Source of the DNA: Thermoplasmata archaeon
GTDB taxonomy: Archaea; Thermoplasmatota; Thermoplasmata; Lutacidiplasmatales; UBA184
Reading direction: 5' to 3'
Assembly: GCA_021817605.1 (NCBI GenBank)
Contig: JAKAUN010000002.1
Location: forward strand, 3,676-67,675
Length of the DNA: 64,000 bases
A program made the translations under genes and the position numbers. Positions 1 through 10,876 of this stretch are shown piece by piece. Below the pieces are notes generated by a model. The model was not told the DNA's origin and ran no database searches. It worked only from the letters and a program-made list of their open reading frames with translations. The first letter of the stretch is position 1. Every line of letters begins with the position of its first letter.

Positions 1-1606
1 CTTCGACCCCGTCGGACGTGCCGACGAACTGGATGTGGATGTCGTAGCGGGAGATGTCCTCTCCCGTGTACTTCTTGATGAGCGCGCTCACGTTCTGCAC
101 GGCCTCCTTGGCGATCTCCCCGAGCTTGCCGGTCGCGACCACGACCCCGCCGTCCCGGGTCTGGGCCGGGGTCACCTCCGCGACGATCGGGAGGACGATG
201 CCCGAGAACTCCGCCATGCCTGTTTGGGCGTTGATCGCGGCGAGGCCGTTCACCACGCCCACCGCGGCACCCTCGGTGGAGAACATCCGGTACTCCTTGC
301 GCCGCTCGATGTAGCGGTCGGCGATCTGCTGCTCGAGCGAGCGGCTGGCGCGCTTCGCCTTGACCACGTGCTCCGCACGGACGATCGGCGAGCCCTCGGC
401 GAGAGCGATGTCACCGGCGACGCGGACCAGGCCGCCGAGCTCGCGGAGGCGTAGCGTGAGCTGCCCCGAGCGGCCGGACCGCCGCTGGGCCTCGCGGATG
501 ACCTCGACGACCGCGGGCTTGTCGAACTGGCCGATCTTCTTGTCCTTGGCAATCTCCTGGGCGATGAACCGCACGAGCTTGAGCCGGTTCTCCGGCACGT
601 CCGGCATCGTCGTCTTGACGTAGAGCTCGTAGCCGTAGCCACGGATGCGGGAGCGCAGCGCGGGATGCATCGACTGGACCGAGTCGACGTTGCCCGCGGC
701 GACCAGGACGAAGTCGGCGGGGACCGGCTCGGTCTTCACCATCGCGCCGGCGGAGCGCTCCGACTGTCCGACGATAGGGAACTTGCGCTCCTGCAGCGCG
801 GTGAGCAACGAGTGCTGGCTCTCGATCTTGAGAAGGTTGATCTCGTCGACGAACAGCACCCCGCCGTTCGCCTTGTGGATCGCCCCGACCTCGACCCGCT
901 CGTGGGGCGGGGTCTCGAGCCCGCCGGACTGGAAGGGGTCGTGCTTCACGTCACCCAGGAGCGCGCCGGCATGGGCGCCGGTGGCATCGACAAACGGCGG
1001 CCTCTCGTCCGAGGTATGCGAGACGAGCAGTTTCGCCACCCCGCTCGCGGAATCCGGCCGCCCACCGGAAAAGCGGGCGAGCGCGTAGATGAAGACCACG
1101 ATGAGCACGCCGAGGAGCAGGGCGGTGAGGTCCCGGGTCGTCCATACGATGTAGAGGACCACGGCGAAGATCGCGAGGGAGATCGCGACGAAGACGAAGG
1201 TGCGGGTCTCCTTCTTCTGGGCCGCTTCGACCTTCTGGGCCGCGACGATCTCCTTGCCTTTGCCCGACGGAACGACCCGTATCTTCGGCTCGTTCGGGTC
1301 CTCGTTGTTGGGGTAGGCCAGGATGTCCTGGAGCGGCTCGTGGGGAAGGAAGTCGACCATCGCCCGGGCGAGCATGCTCTTGCCGGTCCCGGGCTCGCCG
1401 ATGAGGATCATGTGGCGCTTCTGCGTCGCCGCCTTGCGCGCCACCTCGACGGCATCGTCCTGCCCGATCACCTGGTCGAGCAGGCGCGGCGGGACCTCGA
1501 CGTCGGCGGTCGTCTGGTAGGGAAGGGTCTTTGCCCAGGAGTCGAGGTCGGCCGCTGGCGCGGGCTCCCCGACCTGCCCCGACGGTGTATCCGCGCCTTC
1601 TGCCAT
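1..1606 (-). CDS. lonB: Archaeal-type Lon protease LonB, membrane-anchored AAA+ protease. N-terminal ~535 codons are in the window and the C-terminus runs off the window start
   Basis: Minus-strand translation from ATG at 1604-1606 gives [33 protein letters not shown]...[25 protein letters not shown], with the Walker A motif GEPGTGKS. A hydrophobic two-helix insertion follows ([19 protein letters not shown]...[14 protein letters not shown]), which is diagnostic of archaeal LonB. Further on come LFVDEINLL and Lon protease-domain motifs ([13 protein letters not shown]). There is no stop in the window, so the ORF is missing from the track. Confidence 0.9.
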   Translation of the reverse strand, partial: MAEGADTPSGQVGEPAPAADLDSWAKTLPYQTTADVEVPPRLLDQVIGQDDAVEVARKAATQKRHMILIGEPGTGKSMLARAMVDFLPHEPLQDILAYPNNEDPNEPKIRVVPSGKGKEIVAAQKVEAAQKKETRTFVFVAISLAIFAVVLYIVWTTRDLTALLLGVLIVVFIYALARFSGGRPDSASGVAKLLVSHTSDERPPFVDATGAHAGALLGDVKHDPFQSGGLETPPHERVEVGAIHKANGGVLFVDEINLLKIESQHSLLTALQERKFPIVGQSERSAGAMVKTEPVPADFVLVAAGNVDSVQSMHPALRSRIRGYGYELYVKTTMPDVPENRLKLVRFIAQEIAKDKKIGQFDKPAVVEVIREAQRRSGRSGQLTLRLRELGGLVRVAGDIALAEGSPIVRAEHVVKAKRASRSLEQQIADRYIERRKEYRMFSTEGAAVGVVNGLAAINAQTGMAEFSGIVLPIVAEVTPAQTRDGGVVVATGKLGEIAKEAVQNVSALIKKYTGEDISRYDIHIQFVGTSDGVE

Positions 1607-1801
1607 GGTGGCGTCTCGCCCCTTCGTCCCGAAGGACCGTTGCGCCAGTCAAAGAAGGCGGGAGTCGCTATAAATGCTCTCGGTGGCCGGAGCGCCACCC
1701 CAGGGTCCCGGCGCGGCCAAAGGCGCGTCGGGAGCCGTGCGACGCCCGCTACCGGCCCGTTGTTATCTACCGAGCGCGGCTCGGTCGCGAGAGCACCGCC
1801 G

Positions 1802-2695
1802 ATGACGCTCCGTCTGGAGGGCCGGCCCGTCACCGAGGCGATCGACAGGGAGACCCGTTCGATCCTCGCCTCCCTCGGCATGGGAGCCCCACCTCCGCTC
1901 CTCGTCAGCGTGCACCGGGGGGTCGACAGCCCGTTCCGTTTCTACCTAAAGCGCCAGGCGAAGGCCGCCCAGGCGCTCGGAATCGGCTTTCGGGACGACA
2001 CCCTCGCCCCCGGCAACGGGACGGACGAGCTCGCGGCGCGCCTGCGATCGCTCGACCGCGACCCTTCGGTCCACGGCGTGATCGTGGAGCACCCGCTGCC
2101 CGCCCCCTTCGACTTCTTCCGGGCACTCGAGGAGCTTCGTCCCGAGAAGGACATCGACGGCGTCGGCGCGCGGAACTTGGGCAGGCTCCTCGCCCAGCGG
2201 CCGCTCCATGTTCCCGCCGTCGCCCGCGCCGCCCTCGCCATCGCGCGCCACTACCGCCTCCCGCTCGAGGGGCAACCGACGGCGGTCGTGGGCCGCTCCC
2301 CGACCGTCGGGCTCCCTCTCGCGGTCCTCTTGGCCTCGCGGCCCCCGGGCGGCAACGCGAGCGTCCGGCTGCTCCACTCGCAGAGCCGGGACCTCGTCGA
2401 GGGCCTTGCGGGCACCCGGACCATCTTCTCCTGCGCGGGGCGCCCCGGGCTCCTCGACCGTCGCCTGGTGCCCGAGGGGGCGCACGTGGTCGACGTGGGC
2501 CTCTCCAGCGTGCCGGACCCCGGGCGACCGGGCGGCGCTCGGGCGGTCGGCGATGCCGACCCGGACTCCCTGGACGGCTGGGCGGCCTCGCTCACTCCCG
2601 TGCCAGGAGGGGTCGGACCGGTGACCGTCGCCGAGCTGATGGCGAACACCGCGCGAGCCTGGCAGGTTCAGCTTAAGGGAACGGGCGACGCATGA
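1802..2695 (+). CDS. folD: Bifunctional methylenetetrahydrofolate dehydrogenase/cyclohydrolase
   Basis: This is the C-terminal 297 codons of the read-through ORF 665..2695: MTLRLEGRPVTEAIDRETRSILASLGMGAPPPLLVSVHRGVDSPFRFYLKRQAKAAQALGIGF...VHGVIVEHPLP...GGVGPVTVAELMANT. These are FolD family hallmarks. Confidence 0.88.
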   Translation: MTLRLEGRPVTEAIDRETRSILASLGMGAPPPLLVSVHRGVDSPFRFYLKRQAKAAQALGIGFRDDTLAPGNGTDELAARLRSLDRDPSVHGVIVEHPLPAPFDFFRALEELRPEKDIDGVGARNLGRLLAQRPLHVPAVARAALAIARHYRLPLEGQPTAVVGRSPTVGLPLAVLLASRPPGGNASVRLLHSQSRDLVEGLAGTRTIFSCAGRPGLLDRRLVPEGAHVVDVGLSSVPDPGRPGGARAVGDADPDSLDGWAASLTPVPGGVGPVTVAELMANTARAWQVQLKGTGDA

Positions 2696-2870
2696 GCCCG
2701 CCCCGGCCCGCCCGACGCGCTCGCTCCGCTCGGCCGCCCCCTCCCCTGCACTGCCGCGACTGCCCGATGTGGTACGGGGCGGAGGACGGGGGCTGGGGAC
2801 CCTGTTCGATCAAACACCGGCGCGGAGACCCCCGCTACCTCACCTTCGGGGGCCACCCGTGCGACGAGGG

Positions 2871-4010
2871 TTACGTGCCGCCCGAGCCGACGCCCAGCTG
2901 GGATCTGGCCGCCTCGTTGAGCGGCGAGCGCTCGACCTCGAGCGCGTCGGCGGTGGGGTACTCCTCGACCTCGAAGGCAGGCCAGGGGAGCCGAGCCGCC
3001 ACGCGGCGCAGGCGGGCCGGGGCGAGCTCGACGCGGCGGCGAGCCAGGTCGAGGCGGTAGCTCCCCGTCGGAAGCTTCGAGCGACGCGCCACCCGTGTCG
3101 CCCAACGGCCCAGCTCGCCGACCGGCCCCGCCTCGACCACGCCGAGGACGATCGTGCCGTCCTCGGTGGTCTCGGCAAAGGTCGGGGCCGTCCGTTCGGC
3201 CCTCCGCAGCAGTCGCCGGCGGAGCTGCACGCCGTCCTTGAACCGGGAGGAGCAGTAGTGGACCGGGAGCCCCGGGGGAGCCTCCCGCACGAGACGCTCC
3301 GCCACGGAGCGGCTTCCCCGGACCCCCCAGCCGTTGCGGGCATCGGTGCGGTAGCCGCGGTCGAGCAGCAAGGCCTCGTTGGTCTCGGAGAACTCGAGCT
3401 CGTTGAGGTTGACGAAATCGACCCCGATCTCCCGCAGGGTCCGCAGAAGACGGCGCAGCTCGGCCTCCTTCTCGGGGAGGACGGGGATCTCCACCCCCCG
3501 GCGGATCCCCCAGCGTGGCGCCTCCTCGAGGACCTTGCGGTAGGCGCCTCCCGACGACGCGAGCGGCCCCCAGAGGTAGTGGGGAACGTGGAGGCGGAAC
3601 TCGTCCAGACCCGCGGCGGCGAGCCGCCTAAGCTTCTCGGCGTTGGGCTCGTGCGTGTAGAGATGGATGTGGTGGTCCGGCCCGAACTCGCGCTTGAGCA
3701 GGCGCACGTAGTGCTCCACGCGATCGACGACCCCAAGCGGGTCCCCTCCCGTGATGCCGGTGCCCGCGGCGCCGATCGCCCGGGCCTCCTCGAGGAGGTC
3801 GGAGTCGCTGCGGACCCGCCGTTCGTTGGCGTAGACGACGTCAATCTGGTTGCGTGAGGGGGAAACCGGGCAGTAAAAGCAGCGGAACCTGCAGAGCCCC
3901 GTGACGAAGAGCACCATCTTACGCCCCTCGCCGCACTGCGTGCACGCCGGCGAGAGCGCCCCCCGGTGGCTCGACGCCATCGGCAGAAGCGCAAGGCCCG
4001 TGGTCTCCAT
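2871..4010 (-). CDS. Radical SAM protein, PFL-activating-enzyme-related uncharacterised archaeal family
   Basis: CxxxCxxC motif in GLCRFRCFYCPVS, preceded by a Cys-containing N-terminus (CTQCGEG). The start could be M1 (4010), M11 or M32 (MVLFVTGLC..., 3917). Confidence 0.75.
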   Translation of the reverse strand: METTGLALLPMASSHRGALSPACTQCGEGRKMVLFVTGLCRFRCFYCPVSPSRNQIDVVYANERRVRSDSDLLEEARAIGAAGTGITGGDPLGVVDRVEHYVRLLKREFGPDHHIHLYTHEPNAEKLRRLAAAGLDEFRLHVPHYLWGPLASSGGAYRKVLEEAPRWGIRRGVEIPVLPEKEAELRRLLRTLREIGVDFVNLNELEFSETNEALLLDRGYRTDARNGWGVRGSRSVAERLVREAPPGLPVHYCSSRFKDGVQLRRRLLRRAERTAPTFAETTEDGTIVLGVVEAGPVGELGRWATRVARRSKLPTGSYRLDLARRRVELAPARLRRVAARLPWPAFEVEEYPTADALEVERSPLNEAARSQLGVGSGGT

Positions 4011-4195
4011 GGGAGGGAAGCGAGCGGCGCGCCCGCTCTAAGGATTTCCGCCCGCTCGGCGGCTCCTCCGGAGGCGGCGTCGGGCCCGGTCCGGTTGCGT
4101 CGGGCCACCTGGTGGGGTCAGGGCGAGAGCTAGGCGCAGGCTCAAATGCCCCACCTGATTCGCCGCCACCACTTCGGGGGCCGCTAGCGATGGAG

Positions 4196-4954
4196 ATGCA
4201 ACCGGGCCAGATGGCGTACGACCGTGCGAGCACCGTGTTCTCGCCGGACGGGCGGCTCTTCCAGGTCGAGTACGCCCTCCAGGCGATCCAGATGGGAGGC
4301 ACGGCGGTCGCCGTGACCTACGACACGGGGATCGTCTTCGTCGCCTACCGCAACCTGCCGGTGAGCACGCTCGCCGAGGCCAGGTCGATCGAGAAGAGCT
4401 TCGCCGTCGACAGCGGCCTCGGCTGCGTCACCGCCGGCCTCATCGCCGACTCGCGGGTCTTGGTCGAGTTCCTCCGCGTCGAGGCCCAGCGCCATCGCCT
4501 CACCTACGGTGAGACGATCCCCTACAGCCTTCTCGGCCATTCTCTCGGGACCCTTCTCCAGCAGTACACGCAGTTCGGAGGGACCCGGCCGTTCGCCGTG
4601 TCGCTCCTCCTCGGAGGCTTCACGGGCAGGGCCCCGGGCCTCATCGAGCTCGACCCGAGCGGCGCGACGATCGGCTGGAGGGCATATGCCATCGGCCGCA
4701 ACCGCCGCGCGGTCGCCGACTTCCTCGAGGAGAAGATGCCCGAGCGGCCGAACGAGGAGGCGGCCTTCAAGCTCGCCGTCCAGGCGGTCGCCGAGGGGTC
4801 GCCCACGCCGTTCCAGCCCGAATCTCTGGACGCTGCGATCCTCGAACCCGACTCGGAGCTCCGTCGCCTGCCGACGGCCGATATCGCCCGCCGAGTCCAG
4901 GGGCTGCCGTTCATCGGCGCCCCGGAGCGCAAGGGAGCCGCCCGCGGGGCGTGA
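4196..4954 (+). CDS. psmA: Proteasome subunit alpha
   Basis: [40 protein letters not shown]... is a near-identical N-terminal signature to Thermoplasma PsmA ([27 protein letters not shown]). The track ORF 4112..4954 contains upstream in-frame Met codons, and the start was chosen by homology. Confidence 0.95.
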   Translation: [252 protein letters not shown]

Positions 4955-5511
4955 CGTCCCGACGCGCTCCGGTGGCTGCTCCTCGCCTCGCTTTCGGCAA
5001 GGACGACGCGCGCGCGCTCGTCGCCTACAACGAGGCCGTCTTCGAGAGGTACGCCCGTCGGCTCGCGCGCCTTCCCCGGGACGCGGCGACGCGCCGACGG
5101 GAGATAGGGCACCAGAGCCTCTTCGACACCCTCGTCCACATCCTCAACGTCCACGAGGTCTGGCTCGTCTACATCGTGCCGGGCCGGCAGCGCGAGCTGC
5201 CCGGGCTCTTCCGCCAGAGCTACCGGCGCCCGAAGGATCTCGCCGGCCTTCGCAGCTACGCGCGGCAGGTCTGGGAAGGGGCCCGTTCGACCGTCGAGGG
5301 GCTCACCGAACGCACGCTCGGAGAGCGGGTGAAGGCGCCGTGGATGCCCGGCCGCTACACCGTCCGCGACGCGCTCCTCCAGACCACGCTCGAGCAGGCG
5401 CACCACCTGGGGGAGGTCATCGCGGCGCTCTGGCAGGACGACATCGAACCTCCCGAGATGACCTGGATCGACACGCGCCGCTCGGCGGCCCGCACGCGGC
5501 GCCGCCCTTGA
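4951..5511 (+). CDS. DinB/YfiT-like (DinB_2 superfamily) metal-dependent hydrolase-like protein
   Basis: 186 aa, with a four-helix-bundle-like pattern and a QAHHLGEV motif. ATGA overlap with the psmA stop suggests co-transcription. Confidence 0.55.
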   Translation: MTSRRAPVAAPRLAFGKDDARALVAYNEAVFERYARRLARLPRDAATRRREIGHQSLFDTLVHILNVHEVWLVYIVPGRQRELPGLFRQSYRRPKDLAGLRSYARQVWEGARSTVEGLTERTLGERVKAPWMPGRYTVRDALLQTTLEQAHHLGEVIAALWQDDIEPPEMTWIDTRRSAARTRRRP

Positions 5512-5545
5512 CGGCCGGCGCCCCTTCCTGACGAGGCGTCGGGGG

Positions 5546-7273
5546 CTACGGCGCGTCGGCACGGCCGGCAGCGCGGGACGCGCCGTCGAACTCCTCGTGG
5601 AGACGCATGCGACGGCGGGTCCTGTGGTAGCTCACCGCGAAGCGATGCGCCTCGTCGCGCACCGCGCGAAGGAGGAGCATCGGCGGGGAGTTCGGGTTCG
5701 GGCGGATCGGATCGCGTCGGTCAGGCAGGTAGACCTCCTCCTCGCGCTTGGCCAGCCCGATCGCCGGAAGTCGGTCGGCGAGCCCCAGCGCCGCGAGCGA
5801 GGAGAGGGCCGCAGAGAGCTGGCCGGCCCCGCCGTCCACCACCAGGAGGTCGGGGAGACGTTCCTCCTCGGCCAGGCGGCGGAGGTAGCGGCGTCGGACG
5901 ACCTCGGCGATCATGGCAAAGTCGTTGGTCCCGGCGACCGAGCGGATGCGGAAGCGGCGGTACTCCGAGCGCTTGGCCACCCCGCGCTCGAAGACGACCA
6001 GCGAGCCGACGGCCTCGGAGCCCTGGAAGAGCGAGATGTCGGTCCCCTCGATGTGGGTGGGCAGGGTCGGCAGTTCGAGCAGGCTCTGGAGGGCGGCGAG
6101 GACCTCGCGCGGGGCCGGCCGGGCGACGACCTGGTCGACGGTCGCGCGCGCGAGACGCTCGGCGAGGCGGGCGAGCGACGCGTAGCGGCCCGTCGGGCGG
6201 AACTGTACCTCGACCCCCCGCGCGCCGAGAAGCTCGTCGATCGTCACGTCGATCCCCGCGGGCCGCGGCCCCGAGAGGTAGATCCTCCCGGGCAGCTCGA
6301 TCCGGCCGCCGTAGAACTGCGTGAGGAACTGCCGCCAGAGCTCCCCCGGTTCGGGGATGTCGTCCGCCGGCACCGCCATGAGGTGCGGCTCGGTCGCGCG
6401 GACCTCGCCGTCCTCCACGTGGAGAAGGCCGACCGCGACCCGGAGCGTGGACGGCTCGTTGGGATAGGCTAGGGCGAGGACGTCGACCCGTCCGGAGCCG
6501 GGACCGACGACCGACTGGCGCTCGCGCAGCGCCCCGAGGCCGGCGAGGGCGTCCCGGAGGAGACCCGCGCGCTCGAACTCCTCGCGACGGGCGGCCGAGC
6601 GCATCTCGGACTCCACCTCCTGGCGGAGGCCGGCGGTCTCGCCGCGGAGGACCTCGGTCGCCCGGTCGATCTGGGCACGGTAGCCCTTCGGGTCGATCGC
6701 GCCGATACACGGCGCGCTGCAGACCCCGAGGTGGTAGTAGAGGCACGCCGCCTTGGGGAGGCGCACGCACCGCCGCAGCCGGAACAGGTCCCCGAGCAGG
6801 CGCTCGACGCCGCGCGCCTCGCGCACGCTCGTATACGGCCCGAAGAGGACGAGCCCGCGGCGACGGCGCGGGCGGCGGACGAGCACGATCCTCGGGAACT
6901 CCTCCTCGAGGGTGACGGCGAGGTACGGGTAGCTGCGATCGTCCTTGAGGAGGGCGTTGTACGCCGGCTGGTACTGGCGCACCAGGCTCGCCTCGAGCAG
7001 GAGCGCCTCGCGCTCGCTCGCGGTCGGGACGAACTCGACGCTCGCGCTCTTGGCGAGGATCGTCCCGTCCTTCTCGACGCGCGCGCGGAGGTGGTCGAGG
7101 ACCCTCCGCCGAAGGTTGCGCGACTTGCCGACGTAGACGACCTCGCCGGTCGGCGAGCGGAACAGGTAGACTCCCGGCGAATTCGGGCCGGCCTTGAACC
7201 CCTCCTGCTGGACGGCCGCGAGCTCGCTCGCCCGCACGAAGCCGGCGGCCTCGGTCGCCCCGGGCTCGCTCAT
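5546..7273 (-). CDS. uvrC: Excinuclease ABC subunit C
   Basis: Internal Met at codon 342 of track ORF 5546..8296: [62 protein letters not shown], a GIY-YIG domain. The UvrBC-interacting and RNase H-like/HhH C-terminal regions follow. The ATG at 7271-7273 overlaps the uvrA stop (ATGA). Confidence 0.9.
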   Translation of the reverse strand: MSEPGATEAAGFVRASELAAVQQEGFKAGPNSPGVYLFRSPTGEVVYVGKSRNLRRRVLDHLRARVEKDGTILAKSASVEFVPTASEREALLLEASLVRQYQPAYNALLKDDRSYPYLAVTLEEEFPRIVLVRRPRRRRGLVLFGPYTSVREARGVERLLGDLFRLRRCVRLPKAACLYYHLGVCSAPCIGAIDPKGYRAQIDRATEVLRGETAGLRQEVESEMRSAARREEFERAGLLRDALAGLGALRERQSVVGPGSGRVDVLALAYPNEPSTLRVAVGLLHVEDGEVRATEPHLMAVPADDIPEPGELWRQFLTQFYGGRIELPGRIYLSGPRPAGIDVTIDELLGARGVEVQFRPTGRYASLARLAERLARATVDQVVARPAPREVLAALQSLLELPTLPTHIEGTDISLFQGSEAVGSLVVFERGVAKRSEYRRFRIRSVAGTNDFAMIAEVVRRRYLRRLAEEERLPDLLVVDGGAGQLSAALSSLAALGLADRLPAIGLAKREEEVYLPDRRDPIRPNPNSPPMLLLRAVRDEAHRFAVSYHRTRRRMRLHEEFDGASRAAGRADAP

Positions 7274-10128
7274 GGGGCGCGAGCGCGCGCCCGGGGCGCC
7301 GGGCCGTGGCCCACAAGCCCGCTCAGGAACCGACCGGTGTGCGAGCGGCTCTCGCGGGCGACCTCCTCGGGGGTCCCCGAGGCGACGACGTGGCCGCCGC
7401 CCGGCCCGCCCTCCGGACCGAGGTCGATGAGCCAGTCGGCGCTCTTGAGCACGTCCAGATGGTGCTCGATGACGACCACGGTGTTGCCCCCCGCGCGCAG
7501 GCGCAGGAGGACCGAGAGCAACCGCTCGACGTCGGCGAAGTGAAGGCCCGTCGTCGGCTCGTCCAGAAGGTAGAGGGTCCGGCCCGTCGGCGGCTTGGCG
7601 AGCTCGAAGGCGATCTTGATCCGCTGGGCCTCCCCGCCCGAGAGGGTGGTCGCGCTCTGGCCGAGCCGGACGTAGCCAAGGCCGACCTCGCTCAGCAGCT
7701 TGAGCCGCGAGGCGATGCGCCGGTGGTTGGCGAAGAACGCGAGCGCCTCGTCCACGGTCATGTCGAGGACGTCGGCGATCGTCTTCTCCTTGAACGTCAC
7801 CTCGAGGGTCTCGGAGTTGAACCTCTTGCCGTGGCACTCCTCGCAGACGACGTAGACGTCGGGAAGGAAGTGCATCTCGTAGCGCAGCACCCCGTCCCCG
7901 TCGCACGCCTCGCAGCGTCCGCCGGCGACGTTGAAGCTGAACCGCCCCGGCGCGAAGCCACGGGCCTTCGCCTCGGGGAGGCTCGCGAAGAGCTCGCGGA
8001 CCGGGGTCATCACTCCGGTGTACGTCGCCGGGTTCGATCGCGGGGTCCGGCCGATAGGCGACTGGTCGATGAACAGGACCCGGTCGATCGTCTCGATCCC
8101 TTCGATGAACTCGTGCTGTCCGGGACGCTCCCGCCCCAGACCGAGGTGGCGGCGGACCGCCTTGTAGAGGATCTCCTCGAGGACCGTGGACTTCCCGCTT
8201 CCCGAGACCCCCGAAAGGGCCACGAGGAGGCCGAGCGGGATGCGGACGTCCTCTCCCTTGAGGTTGTGCTCCGTGGGGCCGTGGATCGTCAGCCACCGGC
8301 CGGTCGGCCGCGCCCGGGTCGCGGGGACGAGGATCGACCTCCGTCCCGAGAGGAACTCGGCGGTGAGCGAGCGCGGGGTGCCTCCGACCGACTCGGGCGG
8401 GCCGGCGTAGAGGAGCTCGCCGCCGTGGACGCCGGCTCCCGGTCCCAGGTCGAGCAACCAGTCGGCCTCGCGCATCGTCATCTCGTCATGCTCGACGACC
8501 AGCAGGGTGTTGCCCAGATCGCGCAGCGTCTTGAGGGTCGAGAGCAGGCGCGCGTGATCGCGGGGATGGAGCCCGATCGACGGCTCGTCCAGGATGTAGA
8601 GGACACCGACGAGCCCCGAGCCGATCTGCGTCGCGAGCGCGATGCGCTCCGCCTCGCCTCCCGAGAGCGAGCCGGAGGCACGGTCGAGCGAGAGGTAGTT
8701 GAGCCCGACGTTCTCGAGGAAGGAGAGGCGGGAGCGGATCTCCTTGACGACCGGTCCCACGATCTTGAGGTCCCTCTCGGCCAGCCGAAGGTCGCGGAAC
8801 AGCTCGATGGCGTCGCTGACGGTCATCGAGGCGATCTCGGCGACCGACCGACCCTCGACCGTCACGGCGAGGCTCGCCGGTTTTAGACGACGACCGGCGC
8901 ACGAGCGGCAGGTGACGAAGGAGAGGAAGCCGAGGTAGTACTCCTTCGCCCCCTCGCTCTTGGTCGTGCGCCACCGCCTCTCGACCGCCGCGACCAGGCC
9001 TTCCTTGCGCCAGCCGCCGACCCACCAGTGCTCGGGCCCCCGGGCGGAGGGGACGGCGGCGCGCTCGGAGCCGTACATGAGCGCCTTCCACCCCTTCTCG
9101 GAGAGCTCGCGGATCGGACGACGGGAGTCGGAACCGAACTCCCGCGAGAACCTCGCGAGCGACTCGGAGGCCGGCGTGAGCCCCCAGACGGCGATCGCGC
9201 GTCCGATCGGCTTGTCCTTGTCCGGGACGATCCGGTCCGGGTCGCCGTGGAGCGTGGCGCCGATGCCGAGGCATTCCGGGCAGGCGCCGATGGGGTTGTT
9301 GAACGAGAACATCCGCGGCGTGAGCTCCTCGATGGAGAAGCCGCAGGTCGGGCAGGCCCGGCGGCTCGAGAAGGTCGTGCGCTCCCCGCCCGCCCGGCGG
9401 ACGACGAGGAGCCCGTCGCCGAGCTCGCGTGCGAGCGCGACGGACTCGGAAAGCCGGCTCTCCTCCTCGGGGCCGACCTCGAGGCTGTCGACGAGCACCT
9501 CGATCGTGTGCTTCTTGTTCTTGCCCAGTCGGATCTCCGGGCCGGGGAGGCGGACCTCGACACCATCGATGACGAAGCGCCGGTAGCCCTGGGCCCTCAG
9601 CTTGGCGAGGAGCTCGCGATGCTCGCCTTTCATCGCCCGGACGACCGGGGCGATGAGGTCGACCTTCTCGCCGCGGGCGGTGCGGGAGATCGCCTCGACG
9701 ATCCGGTCGATCGACTGGGGAGCGATCTCCTCTCCGTCGTTCGGGCAGTGCGGTACTCCGACCCGGGCGAAGAGGAGCCTCAGGTAGTCGTAGATCTCGG
9801 TGACGGTCCCGACCGTCGAGCGGGGATTGCGGCTGCCGGCACGCTGCTCGATCGCGATCGCCGGCGAGAGCCCCTCGATCGAGTCGACCTCGGGCTTGTC
9901 CATCTGGCCCAGGAACTGGCGGGCGTAGGCCGAGAGGCTCTCGATGTAGCGGCGCTGCCCCTCGGCGTAGAGGGTGTCGAAGGCCAGCGACGACTTTCCC
10001 GAGCCGCTCACTCCGGTGACGACGACGAACTTGCCTCGGGGGATGTCGACGGAGATGTTCTTGAGGTTGTGCTGGCGTGCGCCGCGGACCCGGATCCCGT
10101 CAAGGTCGGCGGCCATGGACGTTCTCAC
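7270..10128 (-). CDS. uvrA: Excinuclease ABC subunit A
   Basis: 952 aa. [50 protein letters not shown]..., two ABC ATPase modules (second Walker [10 protein letters not shown]), zinc-finger Cys motifs and an LSGGEAQR signature. Confidence 0.95.
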   Translation of the reverse strand: MRTSMAADLDGIRVRGARQHNLKNISVDIPRGKFVVVTGVSGSGKSSLAFDTLYAEGQRRYIESLSAYARQFLGQMDKPEVDSIEGLSPAIAIEQRAGSRNPRSTVGTVTEIYDYLRLLFARVGVPHCPNDGEEIAPQSIDRIVEAISRTARGEKVDLIAPVVRAMKGEHRELLAKLRAQGYRRFVIDGVEVRLPGPEIRLGKNKKHTIEVLVDSLEVGPEEESRLSESVALARELGDGLLVVRRAGGERTTFSSRRACPTCGFSIEELTPRMFSFNNPIGACPECLGIGATLHGDPDRIVPDKDKPIGRAIAVWGLTPASESLARFSREFGSDSRRPIRELSEKGWKALMYGSERAAVPSARGPEHWWVGGWRKEGLVAAVERRWRTTKSEGAKEYYLGFLSFVTCRSCAGRRLKPASLAVTVEGRSVAEIASMTVSDAIELFRDLRLAERDLKIVGPVVKEIRSRLSFLENVGLNYLSLDRASGSLSGGEAERIALATQIGSGLVGVLYILDEPSIGLHPRDHARLLSTLKTLRDLGNTLLVVEHDEMTMREADWLLDLGPGAGVHGGELLYAGPPESVGGTPRSLTAEFLSGRRSILVPATRARPTGRWLTIHGPTEHNLKGEDVRIPLGLLVALSGVSGSGKSTVLEEILYKAVRRHLGLGRERPGQHEFIEGIETIDRVLFIDQSPIGRTPRSNPATYTGVMTPVRELFASLPEAKARGFAPGRFSFNVAGGRCEACDGDGVLRYEMHFLPDVYVVCEECHGKRFNSETLEVTFKEKTIADVLDMTVDEALAFFANHRRIASRLKLLSEVGLGYVRLGQSATTLSGGEAQRIKIAFELAKPPTGRTLYLLDEPTTGLHFADVERLLSVLLRLRAGGNTVVVIEHHLDVLKSADWLIDLGPEGGPGGGHVVASGTPEEVARESRSHTGRFLSGLVGHGPAPRARARAP

Positions 10129-10847
10129 GCGGCCAGCAGCTTGCCGACCGTCTCCACGAGGCGGTCGAGCACGTAGCCCTGGACCTTGCGTCCGAGCTCG
10201 GCGCTCGCGGGCCGGCTGTCACCGATGACGCTCTCGGGCCAATCCTCCTCGCGGGGGGAGCCCGGGACGAACGGGCTGTGGCGGTACTCCCCGACCGGAC
10301 GCGCGTCGCCGACGGTCTCGGGGGCGAGGGCGAGGACGCGAGAGGTCTCGAGCAAGCCCCCGTGACCGTCGGTCGGAGGGCTCTCCTTGCCTCGAAGCTC
10401 GTAGACGAAGTCGTAGTCGGAAAGGACGACCACCCGCGTCCCCGGGTGCTCCCGCATCGTGGACTCCCCGGCCTCGCGCAGCGCGGCCATGTGGCCTCGC
10501 TCGGCGTGGCCCGAGAGGACGAGGAGCCGGCGGGCACCGGAACGGGCGAGTTCGCCGAGTACGGCGCTCACGTAGCTCCCGAGCTCCCCGAGGCGCAGCG
10601 AGACGGTCCCGGGGAAGCGGCGGGCCCCAGGCGCGGAGCCGTAGGCGACGCTCGGCGCGACAAGCGCGTCGATCCGCTCGGCGAGGGCGTCGGCGGTCGC
10701 CTCGGCCTGGATCTGGTCCGCGCCGAGGGGCAGGTGCGGCCCGTGGGCCTCGAGGGCACCGACGGGCAGGATCACCACCGGGTTGGACGCGAGCCGTCGC
10801 TCGAACGTCCGCGAGTCCATCCCGAGGAGTTTTCGGGCTCCGACCAC
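10125..10847 (-). CDS. Creatininase-family amidohydrolase, possibly the ArfB-type formamide hydrolase of archaeal pterin/riboflavin biosynthesis
   Basis: [19 protein letters not shown] motif and ~240 aa size are characteristic of the creatininase fold. Its stop overlaps the uvrA start by 4 nt. Confidence 0.75.
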   Translation of the reverse strand: MVGARKLLGMDSRTFERRLASNPVVILPVGALEAHGPHLPLGADQIQAEATADALAERIDALVAPSVAYGSAPGARRFPGTVSLRLGELGSYVSAVLGELARSGARRLLVLSGHAERGHMAALREAGESTMREHPGTRVVVLSDYDFVYELRGKESPPTDGHGGLLETSRVLALAPETVGDARPVGEYRHSPFVPGSPREEDWPESVIGDSRPASAELGRKVQGYVLDRLVETVGKLLAA

Positions 10848-10868
10848 GAGCGTTCGAGCGGGGGGCGC

Positions 10869-10876
10869 TATTTAAC
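10869..10876 (-). promoter_or_regulatory. Candidate archaeal TATA box (TTAAATAG on the minus strand) ~25-30 nt upstream of the creatininase-uvrA-uvrC operon start
   Basis: An AT-rich octamer in otherwise ~75% GC intergenic DNA, at the canonical -26/-30 distance for a leaderless archaeal mRNA. Confidence 0.35.

Noticed and set aside
665-2695. 676-aa ORF spanning lonB antisense and folD
   Set aside because: The first ~380 codons are R/G/D-rich low-complexity read-through on the strand opposite lonB. Only the last 297 codons (from ATG 1802) show FolD homology.
5546-8296. 916-aa minus-strand ORF
   Set aside because: This is read-through from within uvrA antisense frame noise. UvrC homology begins at Met342 (ATG 7273), which also overlaps the uvrA stop.
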